Origin: Octopus sinensis
Lineage: Eukaryota
DNA: 64,000 nucleotides
Assembly: GCF_006345805.1 (NCBI RefSeq)
Contig: NC_043010.1
Span: forward strand, 17,918,001 to 17,982,000
Direction: 5' to 3'
In this document: in pieces, positions 24,203 to 37,492 of the stretch
How positions within the stretch are numbered: the stretch's first letter is position 1
Layout: each line of letters opens with the position of its first letter
The notes under the pieces: model-generated
The model's database searches: none
What the model was told of the DNA's origin: nothing
What the model saw: the letters and a program-made list of their open reading frames with translations, nothing else
Position numbers and translations under genes: made by a program

Positions 24203-24632
24203 CCCATTCATGCCGATCATCTGTCTAAACTGACCCTTAATTTATAAGAGTATAAAACAAATGCTTGATACAAATTGGGATTTGTGTATGATCTGTATCA
24301 AAGAATGAAACATGTTCTTAACACTATGTTCGATAGTAAGTCATGTCTCCTCCCCCTCCTCCTCCTCCTTCTTCTTCTCCTTCTTCTTCTTCTTCTTCTT
24401 CTTCTTCTTCTTCTTCTTCTTCTTCTTCTCTTCTTCTTCTTCTCTTCTTCTTCTTCTTCTCCTCCTTCCTCCACAGGAGTGGGTTTGGGGGCATATCTCT
24501 GTCATTAAGAAGTCTGCCTGTATTGAACGGATTTCAAAGAAGTTTTCCTTCAGTTGTCATTTAGGTCAAAATAATAATACCTGTGAATTTTCAGGTAATT
24601 TCATTCACTAGAAAAATTTCCGCATGAATGGG
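24203..24632. mobile_element. piggyBac-type MITE containing an inverted copy of 23639-23882
   Basis: TTAA|cccattcatgccga ... tccgcatgaatggg|TTAA (13/14 TIR match). Confidence 0.75.
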
Positions 24633-24779
24633 TTAATATTATGGCCAATGCATTGAACACTAACAATATTTGTGATGCACCCTTCCATCTCCATGTATTA
24701 ATTGATTATACATTTTATTATGACGAGTGTGATCTCAAGCATATAATGTTTCACTTTTCATCCACGTTTAAGAATGTAC

Positions 24780-25400
24780 CAACTCCAAGATAATGCTCCA
24801 CTGTATTATGTCCTTAATATGTGTGTCCAAAGTCACCCCAAGTATGCTGAGCAAGTCTGAAAAACTGTTTCCAAAGTTTGCTGTCAAAGTGAGAATTGGG
24901 ATTGTCCTGTAGTTACTTGCAATGAATGGTTGTGAGGCCAGTGGAGATGAATGAAAAAATGGTTTTGAGAAAGATTTTGATTGAAGCTGCAAAAAATGTC
25001 CAAAGCTGACCCATTTGAGGGTATGGATTACTGCAAATCTGTACTAATCCAGATAAGTAGTCTGAATAAAAGTCAATCACAAAGGGCAAAAAAGTGGTGG
25101 TCTTCTAATAAATGAGACAATGGTCTGTAGCACAACGTATGGCATTCAGCTGCTGTCATTTCTAGCGGCCAGTTTCTGCTAGAAAACCATTCCACTTGTA
25201 AACCTCTGACAAACAGTAGAAGGGAATGTGCAGTAGGGGACAAAGCCAGAGGATATTGAGCGCTTGTTTTCAGACCCTTACCTTGAACTGAATTCAACAT
25301 AATCATCTCTGCTGTAGGACCTTATCTCAGTATGAAATTAGATAAGAGTCTGCTATGCAATGGATGCCAAATAATATCCATATTCAGGGCCTTGAATTTA
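24780..25400 (-). mobile_element. Highly decayed Jockey/CR1-group RT fragment
   Basis: Frameshifted traces ISTDLQ*SIPQMGQLW, LQLQSKSF and ILGVTLDTH resemble the RT palm-thumb region. Confidence 0.4.
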
Positions 25401-25612
25401 TTTTGTGCTCAACTCTCACTAGTTTAAATTCAGCTGTTTCACTGGTTTCAGGTCAATAATAGAAATACTTCTAAAAGACTGATGTTCTTCTTGTTGTTGT
25501 TTCATTTTAGAATAATGAAAAAAGAATCACTCGTGACTAATTAAAGAATCCTTTATTCAGTTACATTGTTTGTATATTGTTGCATCACACACACACACAC
25601 AGTATATACGAT

Positions 25613-25645
<33 letters not shown>

Positions 25646-25859
25646 GAGAGATGTATCTATACATATGTGTGTGAGTTGAGATTCATGTACGTATGTATGT
25701 ATATGTATGTGTGTGTGTATATATATGGGTGGGTGGAAAGTAAGTAGGTATTATAAATTGCTTATTTTGATCATAATCACCCCATGGATTTATATGGATA
25801 ATACCATACAAAATTCTGGTGCCTCCAACTTAAGTACCATATTCATTTGAATCTAAATT

Positions 25860-26372
25860 TTGCTGAACTTATATATATATTGCATACCTTTCCTTCTTGG
25901 GACACAAAACTCTACTTGTGAAGACTTGTTGAGACAAGTGAAAATACAAATACAAATCCAAATCCAAATCGATCAACATCAATGGAAATTGCAGCTGTGA
26001 TACCAGTGCCGGTGGTATGTAAGAGAACCATCCGAACATGACCATTGCCAGCGCCATCCCAACTGGCCTCATGCCAGTGGCACGTAAAAAGCACCATCTG
26101 ATCGTGGCCATTGCCAGCCTCGCCTGGCCCCCATGCTGGTGGCACATGAAAAGCACCATCCGATCGTGGCCGATTGTCAGCCTCGTCTGGCACCTGTGCC
26201 GGTGACACGTAAAAAGCACCCACTACACTCACGGAGTGGTTGGCGTTAGGAAGGGCATCCAGCCATAGAAACATTGCCAGATCAGACTGGGACTGGTGCA
26301 GCCTTCTGGCTTCCCAGACCCCAGTTGAACTGTCCAACTAGCATGGAAAGCGGACGCTAAACGATGATGATA
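25860..26372 (+). mobile_element. RTE 3' UTR/tail element
   Basis: ORF end, UTR, four hairpin units, shared tail. Confidence 0.85.
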
Positions 26373-26659
26373 ATATATATCTATATATATATATATACAT
26401 GTATATATATACATATATATGTATATATATATGTGTATATAGATATGTGTGTTTGTAGGGGGGGGGGGATAAATTATAGATTTTCTATAGAATTTACAGC
26501 CAGTACTGTAAGTTACGCTGTCTTGTATATGCATACACCTATGTAAATGATGAGATCAAAGATAGAAAAATAGGTGAAGGTGTATAATGCATATTTCACC
26601 TTCAACAAGGCTGACTCTAAAAGAGACTATGAAATATTGGAGTTTGGGGAAAACTAATA

Positions 26660-27650
26660 AAGCGGATGGAATGCTTTCTGATGAACAAAACCCAGCGTGA
26701 CCAATGCTGTTCAATCAAGTTCAGCAAGAGTCATCAGTGGAGTCCCACAAGGCACTGTATTGGCTCCACTTCTTTTCATCAAAATTGGTGTCATCAAACA
26801 CAGTAGCATTGGAATTTCCGCCGATGACCCTCACCACTTTGGAAGGTCATTGACAGGATAGGAAACTAGACTAATCTCCAATCAGATCTGCTTGCTGTGG
26901 CTACTAAATGAGAATAAATTTGAGTTAATCCACTTTGGTAAAAAGGTTGCACTTAAGCTACCACCACATACGCTTCCTTTAGGCAAAAACCTCATGGCAT
27001 CAACCATTGCTAAGCAGCTCAGAGTAACTACTGACAACTTAAGCTGGAGTGCTTACATAAACAGCAAAGTTGACAGTGAGTACTCCTGCATCCTCAAGAA
27101 TTTTCAGATACTCCTACCATTATCATGTTCCCCACCCTCATCCATCTTCACCATATGTAGTATTATCTGATGTGGTCTCCCCACATGAAACAAAATATTG
27201 TAAGAACTGAAGCACCCCAGAGATCAACCACAAGGGAAATAGACGAGATGACAAGTCTTGATTATTAGGATCAACTTAAGACTCAAACTTAATTCTCTCC
27301 AACACCACTGTGAGCACTTTAGCATTTGGATGATGTGCAAAAAACTCCAACGGTATTGTTCAGTTGATGTCGGCATCAATTTTAAAATTCAACCAGGGTT
27401 TGGCCTCTATGCCATGCACCTTCTACAGAAATCACGTTCACATCACAACACTAAAAACTATTTCACCCCAACTGGCCCTGCTCTCTTCAACATCATGCCA
27501 AGATACATAAGAGAAAGGAAAAATCTCTTAACATTCAAACAGTTCCTGGATGAATATCTCCCACAAAGTCCAGATAAACCACCAACACCTAGCTATAACT
27601 CTGCAAACGAAAGCTCTTTACTGGAATGGGTTAACAGTGCCCAAAGAAGG
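26660..27650 (+). mobile_element. CR1/L2-group LINE RT 3' part, degenerate
   Basis: VISGVPQGTVLAPLLF, ISADD, NENKFELIHFGK, GPALFNIMP, PDKPPTPSY...SLLEW. Confidence 0.85.
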
Positions 27651-27651
27651 A

Positions 27652-28052
27652 CTCTCTTTACTCTTTTCTCTCTTTTACTTGTTTCAGTCATTTGATTGCA
27701 GCTATGCTGGAGCACCACCTTTAGTCGAGCAAATCGACCCCAGGGCTTATTCTTTGGAAGCCTAGTACTTATTCTATAGGTCTCTTTTGCCGAACTGCTA
27801 AGTTACGGGAACATCAACATACCAGCATTGGTTGTCAAGTGATGTTGGGGAGACAAACATATACACACACATACATATATACATATACATATATATAATG
27901 GGCTTCTTTCAGTTTCCGTCTACCAAATCCACTCACAAGGATTTGGTCGACCCGAAGCTATAGTAGAAGACACTTTCCCAAAATCCACGCAGTGGAACTG
28001 AACCCGGGACCATGTGGTTGGTAAGCAAGCTACTTACCACACAGCCACTCCT
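27652..28052 (-). mobile_element. Full-length SINE family A
   Basis: Reverse complement of the 17436-17862 element. Confidence 0.9.
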
Positions 28053-28464
28053 AACATCTCTAAATTCCTTTTCCAAGTGCTGCTATTATGTTAGCCATGG
28101 CCTGGGCCAATTCTGGGCCAAAACTTATCCTAATATCTAAGTGCATATGATATCCATATGATATCCAAATGATATACATATGATATATGTGCTATTGATG
28201 TTTCCTGCTGCCAATAAGGAAGGAGGGAACATCAATTGTAAGTGATCGTAGTGTTGACACTAATAATTGCAGCAATGTGGCTGACCCCTTCTTATTTAAC
28301 TAAAAGGAAATCTATTCAGGCTAAACTTGTTTTTCCACTTATGCACAATGCTTTAGTGATTCTTCTCTATATTTCTCATTCAGAAGGGTATTATTTCACA
28401 CACCCACACATGTATATGTATAATAATGTATACGTAAGCATACTTTTACATATTTATATACATT

Positions 28465-28890
<426 letters not shown>

Positions 28891-29428
28891 CACACGTGTA
28901 TACACCTGTAGTGGGTCTTCTTTGTAGACACCTACAAACAATATATATATGTAAGTACATGAGTGAGTGTGTTGTTGCATGTATGTATGTCTGTATGTTC
29001 ATACTGTGACACATCTCCAGGTTGTAGATTAAATTGATCGAAATACTAATTAAACTGATGAATTTGTATGTAGAAAATTAACTGCAACAGATACATACGA
29101 ACTAATTAACTTAATTAGACTATTTAGAAATTGTTTGTCCCTCTAATAAACACACACACACACTCTCACACTACCTCTTCACATACACACCTATGCATGC
29201 AGGTATACTTAGATCAATAAATAATTGCTCATAATCTTTTCCAACAATTTTATTGCCATCAGGGCTTAATTTTAGGCAAACTTATTTCTTTTCACACCAC
29301 CATTTAACATCAAATTCCCTCTAAGTTCTATTGTTCATGAATGTTTTAGGCACCTATGAGGACATATGTGTATGCGTGTGTAGCCAGTATCTCAGAAACG
29401 TATTTAGATTAACAAGGTTACAATAACT

Positions 29429-29860
29429 GGATCTTTTCGGTTTGAACGGCAGTTTTTAACATAATTTCTAGGTAACTAAAAAATTTTAAACTTCGTATAC
29501 TGGTAGAATGTGTTTATAAAACATCTTTTTCTCTTGGCTTTATTGAGAAAATTCTATAGTTTGTAAGATATTTGTTGTTTTTTTTTCTTCAATTTCTGCA
29601 ATTTCAACCAATCAAACACGTCTATTGAGGTAAAAAAAACATTCTATGCCGTATGAATATTTCCCTCGTTTAAGAAACAGATTGGGTTTATTTACATTTG
29701 TGAAGAAAAAAAGATACCCTTCCCTCCACCCCTAACCCTAACCTTAACTCTAACCCTAAAACAGATTGAAATGCAATAGATTGATACTAGGGTCATAATT
29801 ATGGGTGACAATTTCATATGACACCGCTTGAAAAAACTGCCGTTCAAACCGAAAAGATCC
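29429..29860 (-). mobile_element. GGATC MITE, copy 2
   Basis: Same TIRs; TSD caataact at 29421-29428 and 29861-29868; internal (CCCTAA)-like run. Confidence 0.9.
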
Positions 29861-30339
29861 CAATAACTTGTAGGTTGACTGCTATCCAGGTTTAATTTAG
29901 AAAGGTTAGATGCAGATATGGTTTGAGTACAGGCTTTAATAGAGTTTCTGTTAAAAATTATGTAATACTTATGTTCTTGAATAATTTGAAAAACAATTTG
30001 ATGGCTGAGGTCACCACAGCTAGGTTTAAAGGAGAATTATACCAATTAATACTCCATCTCCTATTCTCTTTTTTCTTTTTCTTTGGAGGATTGTTGTGAT
30101 ACATGTTGAGTGTAAAAGATAATTCCTCTTCAAAATCATTTGTTGATAGAAATTCATCAAAGTCCCAAAATAACTCAGCAAAAATGTACTCGTTAGCTGA
30201 AAGGTTACCCAGTCTGAAAGAAACATTTTTCATTAAATTATCAATATTTTTAGAATGGCAGGAATGTTGTGTATGTAGTTCATAGATTCATTTTAACAGA
30301 AAGGATAGTAGGAAAAGCTTATTAAGTATAAGGTAACAT

Positions 30340-30825
30340 GCAGAGCTCGTATGGTACACGAGCACCATATGAGCATGATCGTTACCAGCCTCACCTTACT
30401 GGCACTTGTGCCCTATGCTAGTAGGGTGCTAAGAGCACCATCTGAGCGTGATCGTTGCCAGAGCGGCTAACTGACTTCCGTGCCGGTGGCATGTAGGAGG
30501 CACCATTCGAGTGGGATCGTTACCAGCATCGCCTTACTGGCACCTGTACCGTTGGCATATGTAAAGAAATTCGAGCAAGGTCGTAGCCAGTACTGCCTGT
30601 CTGGCCCCAAAAATTCAAGCGAGGTCGTTGCCAGTACCGCCTGACTGGCCCCCGTGCCGGTGGCACGTAAAAGCACCCACTACACTTTCAGAGTGGTTGG
30701 CATTAGGAAGGGCATCCAGCTGTAGAAACTCTGCTAGATCAAGACTGGAGCTTGGTGCAGCCGTGGTTCACTAGCCCACAGTCAAACCGTCCAACCCATG
30801 CTAGCATGGAAAGCGGACGTTAAAC

Positions 30826-30855
<30 letters not shown>
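30340..30855 (+). mobile_element. RTE 3' UTR/tail element
   Basis: Several 50-60-bp units, then the shared tail and (GAT)n. Confidence 0.85.
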
Positions 30856-30856
<1 letters not shown>

Positions 30857-31264
30857 CAGAAAGGTCACTTTGATTAAGATAGTTTATGATAACGAGTAAT
30901 GAGAAGTTCTTGAAGAAAATATGTAGGTTTTTTTTTTTAATATCTTTGTATTTATTTTATTGCTTCACATAGTTTGCTTTTGTTTGCTGCAGTATTATAT
31001 TGCAAAATGATTATTGAAGGTAAGTTATTTCCATTTAAGACATGCAAACTTGCCAAACAAGTGATTTGATCTGAGAACACATTTTGGAACGAAACTATCT
31101 TGCAGCAAAGACAGCTCGTATCAGACATTGAAAAACACACAAAAACTTGTTGACTTCTTTCAAGCCTTTGTTATTTGACACCAAATAATTAAGGTTTGAG
31201 CAAATTAAACAAGTTCGTGTGTTTTGAATGGATAATAGGTTTCTCCCACTAGATTGCTGCTTGC

Positions 31265-31339
31265 ATAAGTGTTTTGTACTACAGCCCTGCGCCAACCAAA
31301 ACCTTGTGGATGGATTTGGTTGACTGAAAGAAGCCTTTC

Positions 31340-31377
<38 letters not shown>

Positions 31378-31590
31378 GTCTTTGTATTTGTGTTTGTCCT
31401 CACCATTACTTGACTGTCGGTGCTGGTTTGTTTACATCCCTGTAATATATTGGTTCAGCAACAAAAGATCAATAGAATAAGTACTAAACTTTAAAAAAAA
31501 ATAATGTTATCAATTTGTTCAACCCTTCAAGGCAGTGCCCCAGCATAGCTGCAGTTCAATGACTGAAACAAGTAAAAGATAAAAGATGTA
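31265..31590 (+). mobile_element. SINE family A, 5'-truncated
   Basis: Body, microsatellite and tail present. Confidence 0.75.
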
Positions 31591-31631
31591 TATATACAGG
31601 GAAGAGGGTGCTTTTGGGGTATTGCAAAAGG

Positions 31632-31670
31632 TCTTTCCGATGAAGAGCTATTGCTTGAAACATTAACAAC
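31632..31670 (+). ncRNA. Degenerate hammerhead-like motif
   Basis: CCGAUGA-A-GAGC(UAUU)GCUU-GAAAC-AUUA; core and stem III are mutated. Confidence 0.3.
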
Positions 31671-32560
31671 TCTCTCCTTTTACTGAGTGTCATATTAATA
31701 TATTTCTTGTGCATGTCCTCACGTCCATTTTTTCCTCTTTCACTCTGTTCTTTAATTGTTTGTTCTTTGATTTGTCATGTGAAGACAAACTTTGGGTTCT
31801 TTTATTGACTTTAAAAGGATTAAAGTCAAATTTGATTGCAAAGCGATTTGAACTCAGAACACAAGGGACTGCAACAAACGCCACAAAGTATTTTATCTAA
31901 CATTCTAATGGTTCTACCTGTGTTAGGAATGATTGGTAAACATTTATTAGACAAAATAATCCTTAAATTCTTGGAAGTAACACACCTTTATGGAATTATA
32001 ATCTAGCAGAATTAGGAAACTTTAAATGAAACCTGATTTCAAAGACATCTAAAGGATTATTATTTGTTAATCCTTCCTACTCATTTAATTCATTTAATTA
32101 ACTCATTTAATATGATAAAATCATCCTCGTTCAACCCATACCAGCATGATATATGATTAACTTTGAAGGGTAGAGGAAATCATGGCACATTTTAACAAAT
32201 CTATCTCGATTAAAAAAGAAAAAATTCAAACATTTTATTCCATACGGATTTGGGAGCTGACACATGACCTAAAAAAAAAAAAGTTTGCACATGTAGGAAG
32301 CCTTTATAAAGATGATAGTCTTTTTGTTTCTGAATAACTGTAAACCGAGAACTCAGATAGAAAACTATTGTGAAAGGATTCTGACCACCCCTCAAGTGAC
32401 TAAAAGGTGGACTGACTCATTCTTATAAAACAAAGAACTGTCAGCAATTGGCAGTTCATGTTGGTAAAGCAGTTCACTATCAGTCATGGTATAAAGCTTT
32501 GAGTCTTGTGTGATGTTAATATTACTGCATCATGTATATACTTTCTTCCCCACTGATTTG

Positions 32561-32599
<39 letters not shown>

Positions 32600-32859
32600 C
32601 ATATCCAATACAAGGATATAAAAGTGGTGATGAGTTGGTCAAAGCTTGCATTGGACATTCACAATTTTTTTGGAGTATGAAACCAATGTAAAAATCATTT
32701 TAACATGAAAGATGTATTGGCCTCTGTGATGCAGTTGCAACAGTAACTACAGCAGCAGCAACTGCATCAGCATCAGCACCAACTACAACAACAATAACAA
32801 CAACAAAACCAACAGTTGCTGGAATTAATGTTGAAGAAGTCTGAAAATACTTCAGGTCC

Positions 32860-34290
32860 TTCCTCGCCAGACAGCGTAACAAACTCAATTGCAAATGCAA
32901 ACTCAAATGCAACCCAGAAAAAGGTACAACCTTCTCTGACTCGTAGATATGAAGAAATCTTCAAAGGAGAATGTAAAAGTTGGTCTGACAAGGAAAAAAT
33001 AGGAAAGTACAACTACTTTTATAAAAGTTATCTCCTGCTGAACATGAAAAATATTATATTCTGCTGAAGAAGCCAGGTGAGATTTGTTTCAATGAAACAA
33101 TTAACATTTTATCAAAACTTTTCAGTGAAAGAAGTTCCCTGTTCAAAACTCACAGACAATGCTTAAATTTGGTCAAAAAAGATGATGAAAATTTTGTCAC
33201 CTATGCGAGAGTGGTTAACAGAATGTGTGAGAAATTCAAATTGAATGAGTTAACCCTGGACATGTTCAGGTCATTAATTTTTGTTCAAGGGCTTACTGCA
33301 AATGAAGATGCAGATATACATTCCCAGATATTAACAAACTTAGAACAGGGCCAAAATTTAACTGTACAGGCAGTGGCAGAAGAATGTCAGAGGATTATTA
33401 ATCTATGACATGATGGAAATAAATTTGAAGAGAAAGATTGTTCTCATATTCAAGCATGTCAACCAGTAGCAAATAAGAAAATAGATATAAAAATGTCAAG
33501 ACTGAAACCATGTTTTAGGTGTACTGATCTACGGTTTAAAAATAACTGTTGAAAAATATAAAATGCTACCAGTGTGGTAAAATAGGTCATAAAGAGTTGC
33601 ATTGTAGGACAGACCCTACAAACACTGATCAACAGAGAAAAACCACATAAACAGATAAAGAAATGACAAAAAAATATGAACGAGCCTCAAAGAAAATTTA
33701 CGTTTGTAAAAATTAATAACACAAATATAAAGTTACAATTGGATACAGACTGGATATTGATATCTCAATAATTAACACAGAAATTGGATATTGATATCTC
33801 AATTGGATATTGATATCTCAATAATTAACACAGAAAAAGGTCAGGAGACCTAGATTAAATGAAACCTTGAAAATTGCCTGTAGTGTTTCAGGAAAAAAAT
33901 CATATTCCATGGGTGAATTGACAAGTAACATTACATTTCATAAAAAAACTCTAAAGGCTAAAATTTTCGTGTTAAATAATACAACAAACTTGTTCTGTAC
34001 TGACTGAATGGAATTGTTTAATTTATGGGACTTCCTCATAAATCTTTTTTGTAAAAAATGTAGATGGTTTTTCCTCAACTACAAATAAGTCATTAGACAA
34101 AACAAGAAAAACCTTTTTTTAGATTTTCCTGAAGTTCTATCCAATAAACTAGGCCTGTGTACCAAAAACAAAGGCACAGTTTCAAAGACAAGAAAATGCC
34201 ATACTGACATTTAAGCAAAAATGAACTGTACCGTTCACAGTGTTAGAACAGGTAAGCTTAGAGTTAGAGAGAATTCCATATCAGTCTTAA
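32860..34290 (+). mobile_element. Gypsy (Mag-like) gag-protease-RT remnant
   Basis: RRYEEIFKGECKSWSDKEK, FSERSSLF...CLNLVKKDDENFVTYA, zinc knuckle CYQCGKIGHKELHC (about 33565-33605), protease LQLDTG, and FKQK*TVPF at the RT start. Confidence 0.85.
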
Positions 34291-34327
34291 GAAAAAATTC
34301 ACAGAAAAAATAGTCATGAGAAATGAA

Positions 34328-34490
34328 ATTCCATAGGGTTGCCCAGGGTTTCAGGTCCATAAAGTGCTTGGCTTTACATATGTCACATCAGACCCTAATG
34401 ACCAGTGGACACCAGACATTAGGGTCTGACAAGATATATGTAAAGCTATAGGCACTTTATGGACCTGAAACCCAGAGTAACCCTACGAAT
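34328..34490. repeat. Fold-back element, about 73-bp arms, 16-nt loop
   Basis: tagggttgcccagggtttcaggtccataaagtgc...cagaccctaatg / cattagggtctg...gcactttatggacctgaaacccagagtaacccta. Confidence 0.85.
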
Positions 34491-34567
34491 CAGCCATAAC
34501 TATTTTTTCTAAATCCTCTTCTGCTCTCTAACTGAGAGTGTGCTACTCTTTCAGATCGATCATGTAA

Positions 34568-35071
34568 AGCACACACACACACACATATGCACACACACAC
34601 ACACATATGCACACACAAAAGCACATACACAAACACATACACAAACGCATGCACACAAACACACACATACACACACACACACATACACAAACACACAAAC
34701 GCACACACACGCAAACATACACACACACACACAAACACACACACAAACGCACACACACAAACACACACACACACACGTGTGTATATGATAAATTGATTGT
34801 ACATTTCCATTTTGATCCTCTCTCATACCTGCTCCAATTACAAACAGAGGTGTGTAAACCAGTTTCTAGAAATGATTGCTGCTGCTGATGTCCCTGTCTC
34901 TGGCTCATTAATATGTCAACCTATCAGGATTAACTGTCCCAGGCTCTTTCTGCTGCTGCTGCTGCTACTGTTGAATGTTTGTATTTACCAAAACAATACT
35001 AAGACACACGGGGCCCTGAGAAAACTGGATTTATATCACTGGTTAATCTTGAATTGTTGCTAGGCAAATAG

Positions 35072-35148
<77 letters not shown>

Positions 35149-35280
35149 TGTGTCTGTCTGTGTCTGTGTATGTGTGTATGTGTGTCTGTGTCTGTCTGTG
35201 TCTGTGTATGTGTGAATATATATATACACATAGAGACACACACACACTCATACACACTCACACACACACACATACATTTG
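34568..35280. repeat. (CA)-rich and (TG)-rich microsatellite blocks
   Basis: 34568-34790 and 35073-35280. Confidence 0.9.
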
Positions 35281-35449
35281 GCTGTGTGGTCAAGAAGTTT
35301 GCTTCCCTGCCACATGATTCAGGTTCAATTCCACAGTATGGCACCTTGAGCAACTTCCACTACTTTAGCCCCAGGCCAACCAAGTCTTATGAGTGGGTTT
35401 GGTAACAGGAAACTAAAAGAAGCCCATCATAGCAACACATCAATACAAA

Positions 35450-35537
<88 letters not shown>

Positions 35538-35675
35538 CAACAACCTCGAACCCACAAGAGTAAACAAGAGAGACAGAGACAGGCAGAAATAAAGAAAATG
35601 CCCCTTGTATTTGAACACAAATATTTTTTTTTTTAAACTTTTCTTTTAATTTTTCTAAATTTAATTGTTTAATTG

Positions 35676-35717
35676 TTACAGTTGAAAAAGTCTCAATGAC
35701 TGAAACCGGTTTTGAAA
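35676..35717 (+). ncRNA. Minimal hammerhead-like motif, U3-A8 core variant
   Basis: uuacag-UUGAAAA-AGUC(UCAAU)GACU-GAAAC(CG)GUU-uugaaa, with palindromic ACCGGU in stem III. Confidence 0.55.
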
Positions 35718-35762
35718 TGTTCTTTGTAAAATTATTTTAGCATTTTCTATCTTGACTTTTTT

Positions 35763-35806
<44 letters not shown>

Positions 35807-35893
35807 AGAGTTTACAAAAAGAACAAAAGACGAAGGCAGGTGGTGTACAAAACAAACAGATGTATTAGTATAATGCTCAGGAATAGAAAAAGT

Positions 35894-35929
35894 CTTTTAC
35901 GTTTCGAGCCTACGCTCTTCTACAGAAAG
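35894..35929 (-). ncRNA. Minimal hammerhead-like motif with A6U change
   Basis: CUUU-CUGUAGA-A-GAGC(GUAG)GCUC-GAAAC-GUA-AAAG, with palindromic ACGU stem III. Confidence 0.5.
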
Positions 35930-35999
35930 GGACACAGAAAAAACAAGGAGAGAAACAAGGAGAGAAAAAAATGTGTGTAGTGGCTAACGATCTTTCAAG

Positions 36000-36570
36000 T
36001 GTTAGGCCTCACAGAGGCAATGACAAGAGACCAAAACCTTTGGAGAGATATGCTATGATAAAGTGAGATCACAGTCGTAGCCTACACCAGTGTCGCATAA
36101 CCAACCCATTTAAAAGTAGCCTTGAATCATCAGGTGATACGCTGCACTTGAGAAGACATAATTGAGTCAAGTGAAATCAGAAATCAAAATCAAGATCAAA
36201 ATGGAAATTGTAGTTGTGGCCGATGCCAGTGCTGCTTGACTGGCACCCCATGCTGGTGGCATGTAAAAAGCACCATCCAAACGTGGTCAATGCCAGTGCT
36301 GCTTGACTGGCTCCTGTGCTGGTGGCATATAAAAAGCACCATTCAAGTGAGATCGATGTCAGTACTGCCTGACTGGCCCTCGTGCCGGTGACATGTAAAA
36401 AGCACCTACTACACTCCTGGAGTGGATGGCATTAGGAAGAGCATCCAGCTGTAGAAATATTACCAGATCAGATTGGGGCCTGGTGCAGCCTCCTGGCTTG
36501 GCAGTCCCCAGTCAAACCCATGCCAGCATGGAAAACAGATGCTAAATGATGTTGATGATGACGACGATGT
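36000..36570 (+). mobile_element. RTE ORF end plus 3' UTR/tail
   Basis: ggcctcacagaggcaatgacaagagac...gtggatggcattaggaagagcatccagc...(GAT)n. Confidence 0.85.
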
Positions 36571-36798
36571 ATATGTATATATATATAAATCTAAAATTAG
36601 GGAATGATGCCGATAAAATCCAAGCCACATCTGTTCCATAGCTAACAGAACCTCAGAAGTAGTAATTATCCAGACGAGGGGTAATCCGCTAGCTACTCAT
36701 CAGGCCAAAGATACCTTAATCAAATGAAGTCACATTGTCATCAAGGGATCCCATGTTAACTTGTAGGAGATTCGATTGAAGATATTAGCTGGAATGGC

Positions 36799-37405
36799 AT
36801 CAGGCTGTAGAGTGGCATCGGGCTGTAGAGGGGCACTAGGCTGTAGAGTGACACTGGGCTGTAGAGTGGCACGAGGCTGTAAAGTGGCATGAGGCTGTTG
36901 AGTGGCACAAGGCTGTAGAGAGGCATCGGGCTGTAGAGTGGTATTGGGCTGTAGAGTGGCATGAGGTTGTAGAGTGGTATTGGGCTGTAGAGTGGCATTG
37001 GGCTGTAGAGTGGCATTGGGCTGTAGAGTGGTATTGGGCTGTAGAGTGGTATTGGGCTGTAGAGTGGCATGAGGTTGTAGAGTGGTATTGGGCTGTAGAG
37101 TGGCATTGGGCTGTAGAGTGGCATTGGGCTGTAGAGTGGTATTGGGCTGTAGAGTGGTATTGGGCTGTAGAGTGGCATGAGGCTGTAGAGTGGCACAAGG
37201 CTGTAGAGTGACATCGAGCTGTAGAGTGGCACAAGGCTGTAGAGTGACACGAGGCTGTTGAGTGGCATCGGGCTGTAGAGTGGCATCGGGCTGTAGAGTG
37301 GCACGAGGCTGTTGAGTGGCACAAGGCTGTAGAGTGGCACAAGGCTGTTTGAGTGGCACAAGGCTGTAGAGTGACATCGGGCTGTAGAGTGGCATCAGGC
37401 TGTAG
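36799..37405. repeat. 18-bp minisatellite, about 33 units, with a 108-bp higher-order duplication
   Basis: Unit approximately atNgggctgtagagtggc; the minus-strand translation is a 6-aa repeat (LQPNAT). Confidence 0.95.
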
Positions 37406-37492
37406 AAGAAATGCCTCAACGAATTCTCTCGGACTTTTGTAAACATAGAAAAGTGGACAACCAAAAGCCATAATTACATATATAAATGTATA

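Noticed and set aside
24780-25330. Possible second DEGS pseudogene (LNILWLCPLLHIPFY resembles IIWLILHP...PFY)
   Set aside because: No His boxes, and the surrounding frames fit a decayed LINE RT better.
29730-29760. Interstitial telomere (CCCTAA)n
   Set aside because: A few imperfect units that are an internal part of the GGATC MITE in all three copies.
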